Source of the DNA: a bacterium
GTDB taxonomy: Bacteria > Patescibacteriota > Minisyncoccia > Phycocordibacterales > UBA9973
DNA length: 64,000 bases
Reading direction: 5' to 3'
NCBI GenBank assembly: GCA_021824345.1
Contig: JAKAKW010000002.1
Location: 22,552 to 86,551, forward strand
Positions 46,712 to 55,369 of this stretch are shown piece after piece. Numbering within the stretch: the stretch's first letter is position 1; each line of letters begins with the position of its first letter. The notes beneath the pieces are model-generated. The model was not told the DNA's origin. It did not search any database and worked only from the letters and a program-made list of their open reading frames with translations. Both the position numbers and the translations under genes were made by a program.

Positions 46712-47287
46712 CTAGTTTTTTCTGCCGTAGAGTCCGGTAAGCTCAAAATTTTCCAAAATGTGTCTTTCCATCGCTTTTTCAAGCGCTTCTTTGCCAGAAG
46801 AAGGCGGCAGAGAGAGTTTTTTATCCAGAGCGTAAAGCTTGAAAATATAGCGGTGCGTTCCGGCCGGAGGACAGGGCGCCACGAAGCCGGGCTTGCCCAA
46901 GCTGGTCGTTCCCTGCACCGATCCTTCCGGCGGATTGTCGGTGGAAAGAACGGAAGTTTTCGGATCTATGTTCCAGATCACCCAATGCACAAATGTGCCG
47001 GAAGGCGCGTCCGGATCGTCCGCAATTATAGCCAGGCTTTTGGTTTCCGCAGGTACGCCGGAAACTCTAAGCGGTATGGCTTGAGCGGTCCCGTAGCAAG
47101 AGTATTGCTCGGGAATCTTGCCATTGTTTGAAAAGGCGTCGCTTTCTATTTTCATGGCATTGTTCGGAGTCAGGCTGTTAACATTATTTATGACGTATGA
47201 ACCGTTATTTTCTTTCCGGACAAAAAGAAGCCAAATGGCTGCCAGCGCCAAGCAAATCGCTGCAGCTATTAGGATTTTCTTCTTCAT
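46712..47287 (-). CDS. YbhB/YbcL (PEBP/RKIP-like) protein with N-terminal anchor
   Basis: DDPDAPSGTFVHW, PCPP.GTHRYIFKLYALD; start moved to ATG 47287. Confidence 0.9.
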   Translation of the reverse strand: MKKKILIAAAICLALAAIWLLFVRKENNGSYVINNVNSLTPNNAMKIESDAFSNNGKIPEQYSCYGTAQAIPLRVSGVPAETKSLAIIADDPDAPSGTFVHWVIWNIDPKTSVLSTDNPPEGSVQGTTSLGKPGFVAPCPPAGTHRYIFKLYALDKKLSLPPSSGKEALEKAMERHILENFELTGLYGRKN

Positions 47288-47288
47288 T

Positions 47289-48428
47289 TTAATTTGAGGC
47301 GGAAACGATTCTGGCGTTTCCGGGCACATCGTTGTGCGGAGTATAGCTGAAAGACAGAAGCTTGTATCTGTTGAGAAGCGAACCGATGAAAACTTGGTCG
47401 AACATTTTTGCTTTCGGTTCGTCTGAAAGGCGGGAAAATCCGCCGAAGACCGCGAAGTATGCGGGGCCGGTTGAGGTATAAGCGATGCCTGCGTAGTTGA
47501 GATGATAATCAACCGAGCCTGATTTTGCCACGATACCCAAAGTGTCGGGAATAGTGGGGAAGGCTTTGTCTAAAACTCCCGGATCAACTCGCGGTACGGA
47601 CATAATGTTGAAAATTCCGATGCTGAGAGAGCCGGCAGTGTACTCCAAATGCTTCATTACCTTTATAGTCAGTCCGCAAGTGGTGTAATTGCCGGACAAT
47701 CCGGATCCTGTACTAAATTTTATCGTTGAACTGTTTACCCCGTAGGTTTTTTGCATGTATTTTGTGAACGCGTCCGCTCCTCCCGCCTTTTCAAACATCA
47801 TGTCGGCGGTGAGGTTGTTGGACCAGTTGTTGGTCTGCTTTATGAGCATGTAAAGGGGGGCCGATTGGAGCTGGTATTTTAAGCCCCGGCCGTAATAGGG
47901 GACGGAGGAATAGTTTACGGAAAAGTTCGGATCAATCGGAGCCCCGGAATCTTCCTTGAGTGATGCTGTTATCGATGAAGCGACATCGGCCGGATCTGTT
48001 TTCCAATTGAAATAAAAGTTTGGCGAGAATACGAAGCGGGAAATGGTTATATGACGCTCATTGCTTATTTTTTTTACAATTGAACGAAGGTTTTCAATCA
48101 CAAAATGCGGGTCGCCTCCGCCGTTCAGATATAAAGTGGTGCCGTCTAGGAAAGTATCGGTGGTGTAACGGAAATTCTTGCCAATGGTGTTTAGAGCAAA
48201 ATCAAAAGTATAAAGCTTTGAAATTGAAGCCGGGATGACCCGTACGCTGTCGCTGTCATTATATCCCGCTATCCTGCCCGCGGAATTATACGCGCAAAAG
48301 ACTTCCTTATTGAGCGGAAGGCCGTATACTTTTGCCAGGGAAGTGAAGGTGTCCGTGATGCCGGAAGCGTGGGCGGAGAAAAAAGGTGAAAGCAGCAGTA
48401 TTATGGTTGCGGCGGCGATTTTCTTCAT
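47289..48428 (-). CDS. dacB: D-alanyl-D-alanine carboxypeptidase/endopeptidase (PBP4, peptidase S13)
   Basis: Signal peptide; PASISK (SxxK), GGGDP, SNN, GSGLS, AKSG. Confidence 0.8.
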   Translation of the reverse strand: MKKIAAATIILLLSPFFSAHASGITDTFTSLAKVYGLPLNKEVFCAYNSAGRIAGYNDSDSVRVIPASISKLYTFDFALNTIGKNFRYTTDTFLDGTTLYLNGGGDPHFVIENLRSIVKKISNERHITISRFVFSPNFYFNWKTDPADVASSITASLKEDSGAPIDPNFSVNYSSVPYYGRGLKYQLQSAPLYMLIKQTNNWSNNLTADMMFEKAGGADAFTKYMQKTYGVNSSTIKFSTGSGLSGNYTTCGLTIKVMKHLEYTAGSLSIGIFNIMSVPRVDPGVLDKAFPTIPDTLGIVAKSGSVDYHLNYAGIAYTSTGPAYFAVFGGFSRLSDEPKAKMFDQVFIGSLLNRYKLLSFSYTPHNDVPGNARIVSASN

Positions 48429-48991
48429 GATTTATTTTGCGCTTCTAAGAGCAGTACAGGATACCCTTTCAGAATTTGAGCTTGTTCCACGTCTTTTATG
48501 CCCAGATCTTCCAGAAACTTTTTACATGCTTGTTTTGCCTCCACTGGATTTTTAAAATTTCCTTTTGCTTCTGCTTCTATGAAATCTCCAAGATCTTTTA
48601 TCCGATCTAGGGCGACTTCAATGTCTCCGCACATCCAATATTCCCTTCGTTTGTCAATGATGGCGGATTTTTTAAAATCAAGGAACCCCAAAATTTTTCT
48701 GAAAGCTTCCGGATCTGAAATTTCTGTTTCATATTCCTCCGCATATTCCTGTTCCCCAGTGTCTTTTTTGTTCACTGCCCTGTCGTATTCAAATATTGTT
48801 TTATCCGGATTAGTTCTTATCCTCATCCATTCAATCGGATGGGGTTTGTGGGCGAAGAAATCCCGATGGGGCGGTACATAATAATCATCAATCTGGGTGA
48901 TTGATTTTATCAGTTTTCCTTTTGAGGCGACCTTCTTTTTGATTTCCTCAAAATTGTCTATCTTTACTTTGATTTCAACTTCTATGTTCAT
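48425..48991 (-). CDS. CYTH-domain protein (class IV adenylate cyclase-like)
   Basis: IEVEIK, Q.D.YY, RIR, E.ET, K.REY, D.I..LG.FIEAE. Confidence 0.88.
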   Translation of the reverse strand: MNIEVEIKVKIDNFEEIKKKVASKGKLIKSITQIDDYYVPPHRDFFAHKPHPIEWMRIRTNPDKTIFEYDRAVNKKDTGEQEYAEEYETEISDPEAFRKILGFLDFKKSAIIDKRREYWMCGDIEVALDRIKDLGDFIEAEAKGNFKNPVEAKQACKKFLEDLGIKDVEQAQILKGYPVLLLEAQNKS

Positions 48992-48994
48992 TGT

Positions 48995-49273
48995 TTATTG
49001 CCTCCCGGATCTTTGCTCTTGGTCCCGCCTCTCCCGTTCTTTTCTTTGCTCTTCCTCTTCTTTTCTCCTTTTTTCTTCTTGGTCAGCGCGCGCCAGATTT
49101 TCTTTTGCAAGCCGAAGCCCTTCCTCTGCTTTCCGCACCTCTCCCTTGGCTTCCTCTTCCTTTATCTTCGCTCTTTCCATTTCTCTGCTGGCCTCAACTG
49201 CTCTGTCTTTCCGAAGGCGAAGCTCGTCTTCCCACCATCTTACTTTCTCCTTTAGTTCGTATGTGTCTGCCAT
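48995..49273 (-). CDS. Small charged coiled-coil protein
   Basis: 92 aa, E/R/K-rich; co-oriented and 3 nt from the next gene. Confidence 0.6.
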   Translation of the reverse strand: MADTYELKEKVRWWEDELRLRKDRAVEASREMERAKIKEEEAKGEVRKAEEGLRLAKENLARADQEEKRRKEEEEQRKERERRDQEQRSGRQ

Positions 49274-49362
49274 AAGAAATATAGATTATTGATAATTTTC
49301 ATATTATAGCATGTTGATTATTTTCATATGAAAAGGCATCGATTTTGGGATATAATGGACAC

Positions 49363-50403
49363 ATGAGCACAAAAGCATATGCGGCCAGCGGGCCGAAGGA
49401 AAAATTAGAACCGTTTTCTATTGAGAGAAGAAAACCCGGTCCAAAGGACGTGAAAATAGACATTCTGTACTGCGGAGTATGCCATTCCGACATTCACGAG
49501 GCAAGAGATGAATGGGGAGGAACCGTTTACCCCGTGGTTCCCGGCCATGAAATTGTGGGCAAAGTTTCAGCTGTCGGCTCCGAGGTAAAAAAGTTCAAAG
49601 AAGGAGATATCGTCGGCGTGGGATGCTTGGTGGATTCATGCAGGACCTGCGAGAATTGCAAACAGGGCTTGGAACAATACTGTCTTCCGGGAGGAACTTT
49701 TACTTACAACAGCATGGATAAAAAAACCGGCGGGGTTACCTACGGAGGATATTCCAAAGACATCGTGGTAGACGAGGATTTCGTATTGCGAGTCACCCAC
49801 AAAGATTCAATTGAGAAAGTTGCTCCGCTTCTTTGCGCCGGCATTACCACTTACTCTCCGCTTCGCCATTGGAAAGCGGGGAAAGGAAGCAAGGTGGGGG
49901 TTGTCGGCTTGGGTGGGCTCGGCCACATGGCAGTGAAGCTGGCATCTTCCTTCGGAGCCGACGTCACCATGTTCAGCACCTCTCCTTCAAAAGAAAAAGA
50001 CGCGGAAAAGCTGGGCGCCCATCATTTTATTTTGACTAAAGATCCAGAATCGGTTAAAAAAGCCGCCGGGAGTTTTGATTTTATTCTGGATACCGTCTCC
50101 GCGCCCCATGACTATAATATGTATCTGAATATGTTAAAAATGGGAGGGCAGATGGTGTGCGTGGGTCTTCCGCCCGTGCCTGCAGAGATTAATATGAGTG
50201 GCTTGATTCACGCCAGAAGGGGATTGAACGGTTCTTTAATCGGAGGACTGCCCGAGACGCAGGAGATGCTTGATTATTGCGCGGAGCATAATATTCTGCC
50301 GGAAGTGGAAATGATCCGCATGGACCAAATCAATGAAGCATATGATCGGGTGGTAAAGGGAGACGTAAAATACCGCTTTGTTATAGATATGAGAACGCTG
50401 TAA
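49363..50403 (+). CDS. NAD(P)-dependent Zn alcohol/aldehyde dehydrogenase (YahK/AdhC family)
   Basis: CGVCHSD, PGHEIVG, C..C..C.......C, PLLCAGITTYSPL, GLGGLGH, VKYRFVID; start ATG 49363. Confidence 0.93.
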   Translation: MSTKAYAASGPKEKLEPFSIERRKPGPKDVKIDILYCGVCHSDIHEARDEWGGTVYPVVPGHEIVGKVSAVGSEVKKFKEGDIVGVGCLVDSCRTCENCKQGLEQYCLPGGTFTYNSMDKKTGGVTYGGYSKDIVVDEDFVLRVTHKDSIEKVAPLLCAGITTYSPLRHWKAGKGSKVGVVGLGGLGHMAVKLASSFGADVTMFSTSPSKEKDAEKLGAHHFILTKDPESVKKAAGSFDFILDTVSAPHDYNMYLNMLKMGGQMVCVGLPPVPAEINMSGLIHARRGLNGSLIGGLPETQEMLDYCAEHNILPEVEMIRMDQINEAYDRVVKGDVKYRFVIDMRTL

Positions 50404-50408
50404 AAGTT

Positions 50409-51036
50409 TGCGGAGGCGGTGAGATACTCACCCCGGATGAAGTTTCAATCTACGGGCCACTCGGGTTAAGTGCCGAAGGGTTCAAGCCACGCAAGGGTAT
50501 TTTAGCGCGGTTTGACTACTGGAAACAAGGCACTCGGGTCTATATACGTTTTGCGGCAATTGGCTTGTAAAAGTAAAGAAATTGTTCTAGTGACCAAAAA
50601 CAACTGCCGTTTTCAATAGAGGTAGCGTGCCGAACCTCTCTATTCTTTTCTCCTGTATATAAAGCTGTGTGGAGTGAAATAATGTACTCGTCTAGTGATG
50701 AAAAAATCCGCTCGCTTTTGTCTACCTTCTCGCCCTGCCTATCGCGGATCTTCTCGGCGTAGATGATATCGCCATCCGCAAGAGATTCAAAGGAGAATTT
50801 CTGACCCTTATTGATAACGAACGAGCCTGTCTCATTATAGGCTCCAGGACAAAGCACCTGTTCGGGTTTCAAAAATATTTTTTTCTTTTTAAAGATATAA
50901 AGCTGAAGTGCTCGACGGCAATTACCTTCTTTCCAATCGCCTAACAACTCTTCTTGAGTGCCGAATGGACCTTCGTTAAAATTGTAAGCGAATTCTTTTG
51001 TCATAGGCACTCGGGTCACCCGATAAAAAAACTTTG
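50409..51036. mobile_element. Mini-island at the tRNA-Ser 3' end
   Basis: tRNA-3'-end-like remnant GCGGAGGCGGTGAGAT at 50410 vs GCGGAGGGTAGAGGACT in the tRNA; AGGCACTCGGGTC at 50528 and 51005. Confidence 0.55.
50540..51004 (-). CDS. NlpC/P60-like papain-fold protein
   Basis: GNCRR...DGDIIY...LHTALY...VRHAT (Cys/His/His order); ATG 51004; bracketed by 13-bp direct repeats. Confidence 0.6.
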   Translation of the reverse strand: MTKEFAYNFNEGPFGTQEELLGDWKEGNCRRALQLYIFKKKKIFLKPEQVLCPGAYNETGSFVINKGQKFSFESLADGDIIYAEKIRDRQGEKVDKSERIFSSLDEYIISLHTALYTGEKNREVRHATSIENGSCFWSLEQFLYFYKPIAAKRI

Positions 51037-51121
51037 GGCGGAGGGTAGAGGACTCGAACCTCTAAGGGCTTTCGCCCGCTTGTTTTCAAGACAAGTGCCT
51101 TACCATTCGGCGCAACCCTCC
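51037..51121 (-). tRNA. tRNA-Ser(TGA)
   Basis: GGAGGGT-TGCGCCGAATGGTAAGGC-A-CTTGT CTTGAAA ACAAG-long variable arm GGGCGAAAGCCC-AGAGG TTCGAGT CCTCT-ACCCTCC-G. Confidence 0.93.
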
Positions 51122-51178
51122 ATTCCGACACCGCAAAAGGTTTCGGCGATGTCCATAATTTATGATAACAAATTCAAG

Positions 51179-51445
51179 TTATCTCTTCTTCGGCACGAAG
51201 ATTTTTTCGAGGATTCTCTTTACATCGCCCCAATTCTTCTTGGCGATCCAGAAGAGGTAGATTATTTCCAGTATTCCAAAAGTGTTTACTATGAGCAGGA
51301 CAACGAACCACACCTTGTGGTTCTTGTGGGCGGCCGTCCAGAGGGCAAATCCTTTCCAAAATACGGTCCACACCAGGATGGGGAAGAATATCCAGCTGTT
51401 CATAATGCCTATTATTGGATTAAATGATGTCATGATGAAAATCAT
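51179..51445 (-). CDS. DUF5652-like small membrane protein (start may be 51433)
   Basis: W...WKG.ALW.AA....K.WFV..L.VNT.GILEIIYLF. Confidence 0.8.
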   Translation of the reverse strand: MIFIMTSFNPIIGIMNSWIFFPILVWTVFWKGFALWTAAHKNHKVWFVVLLIVNTFGILEIIYLFWIAKKNWGDVKRILEKIFVPKKR

Positions 51446-51480
51446 ACCAGAAAGTCGGTTTTTATGCTAGCATCAAGCCA

Positions 51481-51864
51481 ATGAGATATCTGGGGATAGA
51501 TTACGGGGAAAAGAGAATAGGCCTGGCCCTGTCGGACGAAGCCGGGAAAATGGCTTTTCCAAAGGAAGTATTGGAAAACGGCCCGAAGGCAATTGGACAA
51601 ATTGGGCAAATGGTAAAAGAGGAAAGCGTGGGCGGGATAATAGTCGGCGAGTCTGTAAATTCTTCCGGCCGGCCGAACTATATCATGAAAGCCATAGAAG
51701 AATTTGCGGAAAAGGCGAGAGCGGAGCTTTGTTTGCCGGTGAATATGCAGAAGGAATTTTTTACCACCGTGGAGGCCAGGCGGCTTGCCGGCTCTGAATC
51801 TCCGGCTGATGCCAACGCCGCCGCTTTGATACTTCAGCGGTATTTGGATAAAATAAACAAATGA
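51481..51864 (+). CDS. ruvX: YqgF/RuvX RNase H-fold nuclease
   Basis: YLGIDYGEKRIGLALSD, IIVG, E..TT.EA, D..AAALILQ.YLD. Confidence 0.92.
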   Translation: MRYLGIDYGEKRIGLALSDEAGKMAFPKEVLENGPKAIGQIGQMVKEESVGGIIVGESVNSSGRPNYIMKAIEEFAEKARAELCLPVNMQKEFFTTVEARRLAGSESPADANAAALILQRYLDKINK

Positions 51865-52193
51865 GCATAAGTTTGGATGATTTCAAAAAAGTGGAGATAA
51901 AGGCCGGGAAGATCCTGTCGGCGGAGAAGATTCCGGATACGGACAAGCTTTTGAAGCTTTCTGTGGATATGGGGGAAGAATCTCCGAGGCAGATAATTTC
52001 CGGAATCTCGGCGTATTTTCCGGATTGTTCGGTTTTAGTGGGCAAGAAATGCATGTTCGTAGCAAATCTTGAACCGAGAACCATACGCGGATATGAAAGC
52101 AATGGCATGCTTTTCGCTCTTTCCACTCCGGACGGGAAATTTTCTCTGCTTGAACCGAGTGATGACATCCCGGCAGGGACCGTGGCGGTGTAG
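51861..52193 (+). CDS. tRNA-binding OB-fold protein (Trbp111/MetG C-terminal-like)
   Basis: DDFKKVEIKAG.I, DKLL.L.VD.G, RQI.SGI, NL.PR..RG.ES.GM. Confidence 0.88.
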   Translation: MSISLDDFKKVEIKAGKILSAEKIPDTDKLLKLSVDMGEESPRQIISGISAYFPDCSVLVGKKCMFVANLEPRTIRGYESNGMLFALSTPDGKFSLLEPSDDIPAGTVAV

Positions 52194-52259
52194 AAAAGAA
52201 AGCGGCGGGCGCCGCCCGGGCGTAGCCGGGCGGCGCCCTTTGTCGTATAATATACGCAT

Positions 52260-53099
52260 ATGTTCAAAAGCTCGCATATAGGCATTTCTTTTTCCGACTC
52301 GGCCGTGAACTTCATAAAGCTTTCAAAAAAGAAAGGCGAATTTTTCCTGGACAATTATGAGGAGATAAAACTTCCTCCGGGCGCGGTGGCGGACGGAAAG
52401 GCTGAAAATTTTAAAGCGGTGGCCTCGGCCATAAGCTCCCTGCGGCAGAAATACGGCATAAAGTTCGCCCGAGTCGTCCTGCCGGAAGAAGAGCAGGATA
52501 TTTTTACAGACTATCTTGATGATTGGAAAGAGGCTTTGAACGGCACCGGAGTGTATGTTCAATCGTATGAACCCCTTGGACAGGCGCTTTTGCGGGCGGT
52601 TATAAAAAAAGGCGATCGCGGAACATACATGGTAGTGAACGTAAACGAAGGGAGCACTGATGTGTTTGTGGCGGATCAGGGGAGAGTGGTGCTCGGCTCC
52701 GTATTAGACACCGGGGGAGAAATGCTCGTGCGCATCGCAGAAAAAGAAAGCATCAGGCGCAGTTCCGGGCTTAGCCGGAGCGTAGTCGTGGCTGAAATAT
52801 CGTCATCCCTGATCGGGGGGATAACCATCCTCCGCGAAGAATTATCAAAAATTTTTATGAACTGGAATAATCTGCGCTACGAGGACGGGAGCAGAATGCC
52901 GGAAATCAGAAAGATCATACTTTGCGGAAAGAGCGCGCACCTGAAAGGCTTAGATGAGTTTCTTTCGGTCAGTTTTAAGATCAAAGCAGAGCTGGCAAAC
53001 GTTTGGACCAATGTTTTTGATCCCGCGGAAAGAGTTCCGGATCTGACTTTCCGGGAATCTCTATCCTACGCCGGCGCTATCGGCGCGGCCCTGAAGTAA
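52260..53099 (+). CDS. PilM-like (actin-fold) type IV pilus assembly protein
   Basis: IGI..SD..V, LP.G.V.DG, IILCG..A.L.GL, YA.AIG.AL. Confidence 0.72.
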   Translation: MFKSSHIGISFSDSAVNFIKLSKKKGEFFLDNYEEIKLPPGAVADGKAENFKAVASAISSLRQKYGIKFARVVLPEEEQDIFTDYLDDWKEALNGTGVYVQSYEPLGQALLRAVIKKGDRGTYMVVNVNEGSTDVFVADQGRVVLGSVLDTGGEMLVRIAEKESIRRSSGLSRSVVVAEISSSLIGGITILREELSKIFMNWNNLRYEDGSRMPEIRKIILCGKSAHLKGLDEFLSVSFKIKAELANVWTNVFDPAERVPDLTFRESLSYAGAIGAALK

Positions 53100-53180
53100 C
53101 CGAATACTCCGCCGATTTGAAGGCCAGAGATTTTCCGCATTGTTTTCGGCCGTTTTTATGCTAAATTTAGGAATACCTAC

Positions 53181-53254
53181 GCGCGCTTAGCTCAGTTGGT
53201 TAGAGCGTCCCGTTTACACCGGGAAGGTCCAGGGTTCGAATCCTTGAGCGCGCA
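53181..53254 (+). tRNA. tRNA-Val(TAC)
   Basis: GCGCGCT-TAGCTCAGTTGGTTAGAGC-G-TCCCG TTTACAC CGGGA-AGGTC-CAGGG TTCGAAT CCTTG-AGCGCGC-A. Confidence 0.95.
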
Positions 53255-53258
53255 CCCC

Positions 53259-53333
53259 GCCCCTGTAGTTAAATGGATATAACTGCGGACTTCTAAGCCG
53301 CTATTCGAGGTTCGATTCCTCGCGGGGGCACCA
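53259..53333 (+). tRNA. tRNA-Arg(TCT)
   Basis: GCCCCTG-TAGTTAAATGGATATAAC-T-GCGGA CTTCTAA GCCGC-TATT-CGAGG TTCGATT CCTCG-CGGGGGC-A-CCA. Confidence 0.93.
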
Positions 53334-54019
53334 TGAAAAGATTTGCAAGCCGGTATTCAATATACAAAGACAAGAAAAATCTGGCGCGACTGGCCGCGAG
53401 TGTCCTCTTTCTCGCTGTCAGCATTTTCGCCACGTATTTTGCCATATTGTATGCGACTGATCACGCAAGCTTCCCCGTAACTGACATAATATTAAGCAAT
53501 ATTCCAACATACAACGTTGATGCGATATTTTTGTATGGGCCGGTGATATTCTGGACGGTGATCGGCGTATATCTGATATTTTTTGCTCCGGAAAAGATTC
53601 CTTTCTCCTTAAAGACGATCGCTCTTTTTCTCCTAATCCGTTCCGCATTTCTTTGCATGACTCATATCGGGCCTTTCCCTTCTCACGCCTTGATACGCGG
53701 GGGAGGAATCATAGGGGTGTTCAATTCCGGAGACGATTTGTTCTTTTCAAGCCATACCGGCTTGCCGTTTCTTATGGCCCTAATATTATGGGACAAAAAA
53801 CCATGGCGCATTTTCTGCATAATCGGCTCGATATTCTTCGGCATTATAGTGCTCATGGCCCATTTGCATTATTCCATAGACGTCTTTGCCGCCTTTTTCA
53901 TAACTTATGCCATTTATCGCATTGCTTTCCGATTCTTGAAGAGGGAGAAATTGCTTTTTGATAAGCATGTGGAGAACGATCCCGTCGTATCTGCGCTTAA
54001 TTCCGCCGATTTGGAATAA
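53333..54019 (+). CDS. PAP2-superfamily membrane phosphotransferase (sphingomyelin/IPC-synthase-like)
   Basis: Multiple TM helices; DDLFFSSHT and HLHYSIDV motifs. Confidence 0.8.
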   Translation: MKRFASRYSIYKDKKNLARLAASVLFLAVSIFATYFAILYATDHASFPVTDIILSNIPTYNVDAIFLYGPVIFWTVIGVYLIFFAPEKIPFSLKTIALFLLIRSAFLCMTHIGPFPSHALIRGGGIIGVFNSGDDLFFSSHTGLPFLMALILWDKKPWRIFCIIGSIFFGIIVLMAHLHYSIDVFAAFFITYAIYRIAFRFLKREKLLFDKHVENDPVVSALNSADLE

Positions 54020-54049
54020 ATCTTCCTGCAGGTATACTATATTGTAATC

Positions 54050-55369
54050 ATGCCAGAGAAAGAAATGCCGGTTCCGCTTTCCGTTGAAGACAAAGCCCTT
54101 ATCGAACGAGTGGCCAAAGACGCCGTACGCAATCTTGAGAAATGCTACCAGCCGGGTTTCGGCGTTTTTCCCACAGGCGACCCGAATGACGTTTTTTACA
54201 ACATGCTCTGGTCTCGCGATTTCTCTCATGCCGGCGGATATTTTGCTGTTGGAAATATCAATGCCCTTCTGGATTCATTAAACACGATTTTTTCTTTTCA
54301 GAAGAAGGACGGATCTTTGCCATACAGAGTTGAGAAAAAGAGATTCATACTTGAGTACTTCCTTCGCGTTTTGTTCGGGATTGACCCCGGCGCCTTGAGG
54401 AAAATCGGGATTGACTTTGTGACCAGAAGGAAAAAGAGGCCCATATATGAAGGAGAACGAGGTAATAATGCGGAAGATACCATTCCTTCCGTAATTTCGT
54501 CAATCGGGGAATTTTTTATGGCTTCCAAAGAGAGAAGAGAGTTTGCGGAGAATAATTATGAAAAGATCAGGTTGGCCATTGAAAATTTCATAAAAAGGAT
54601 CGATCCGGAAGACGGCCTGGAAAGCTCTGGGGTGAATAATCCAGATTGGGCGGACAGCATAAAACGCGGAGGAAAAAAATTAAGTACGGTAAACATTCGT
54701 TGGGAAATCGCTCTGGAGAGGGCTGAAAAAATTTCGGCGGAGCTGGGAATGGGGGAAGCGAAAAAATACGATGCGCTGGCAAAAAAAGCAAGGAAAGGAA
54801 TAATGGACAAATTATATAACGAGAAGGATCACTATTTCAGAACCGGAGAAGGGGAAGAAAGAATGGATGCCGTTGCGTCAATTCTCGGCTGCCTTCATAT
54901 CTTGCCGGTGGAAGAATCTGTAAGAGTGCAGGAGTCAATGAGGAAGCGCTTGTCCTGCAAGTCCGGCCTAAGAAATTTTTATCCTCCATATCCCAAAAAA
55001 CGCCTTTCCTTTATCCTGCGTATCATCGGCATGGGCGGATATCACAATGAAGCGGTGTGGCCCTGGGTTGCCGCGGTCAATATCCATGCAAAAATTAAAA
55101 TAGCGCAAGAACATCCGGACAAGGAAGTCAGAGAGCAATACAGAAATGAATCAGTGCGGGACTTGCTCAACCTTGCCGCGCTTTTTGAGTCAGCCGGGGG
55201 AGCTTATGAAGTATTCGACCCCGACAGGCCCGAGCAATATCGGAAGCTTCGGACCGGAATAATGAAGTATCAGGTTCCAAAGAATTTCATGGGAAACCTC
55301 GCTTCTTATCAGAGCGTTTATCATCGTTTAAAAAAGCTGGGCTGGATTTCCAGCGACATATCAAAATGA
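54050..55369 (+). CDS. (alpha/alpha)6 glycoside hydrolase-like protein (amylo-alpha-1,6-glucosidase/invertase-like)
   Basis: LWSRD, Q..DG.LP, DWADS, YHN..VWPW, YE. Confidence 0.72.
   Translation: MPEKEMPVPLSVEDKALIERVAKDAVRNLEKCYQPGFGVFPTGDPNDVFYNMLWSRDFSHAGGYFAVGNINALLDSLNTIFSFQKKDGSLPYRVEKKRFILEYFLRVLFGIDPGALRKIGIDFVTRRKKRPIYEGERGNNAEDTIPSVISSIGEFFMASKERREFAENNYEKIRLAIENFIKRIDPEDGLESSGVNNPDWADSIKRGGKKLSTVNIRWEIALERAEKISAELGMGEAKKYDALAKKARKGIMDKLYNEKDHYFRTGEGEERMDAVASILGCLHILPVEESVRVQESMRKRLSCKSGLRNFYPPYPKKRLSFILRIIGMGGYHNEAVWPWVAAVNIHAKIKIAQEHPDKEVREQYRNESVRDLLNLAALFESAGGAYEVFDPDRPEQYRKLRTGIMKYQVPKNFMGNLASYQSVYHRLKKLGWISSDISK

Noticed and set aside
50410-50510. Additional tRNA or ncRNA after the dehydrogenase gene
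   Set aside because: Only a 3'-end-like fragment; no cloverleaf can be built
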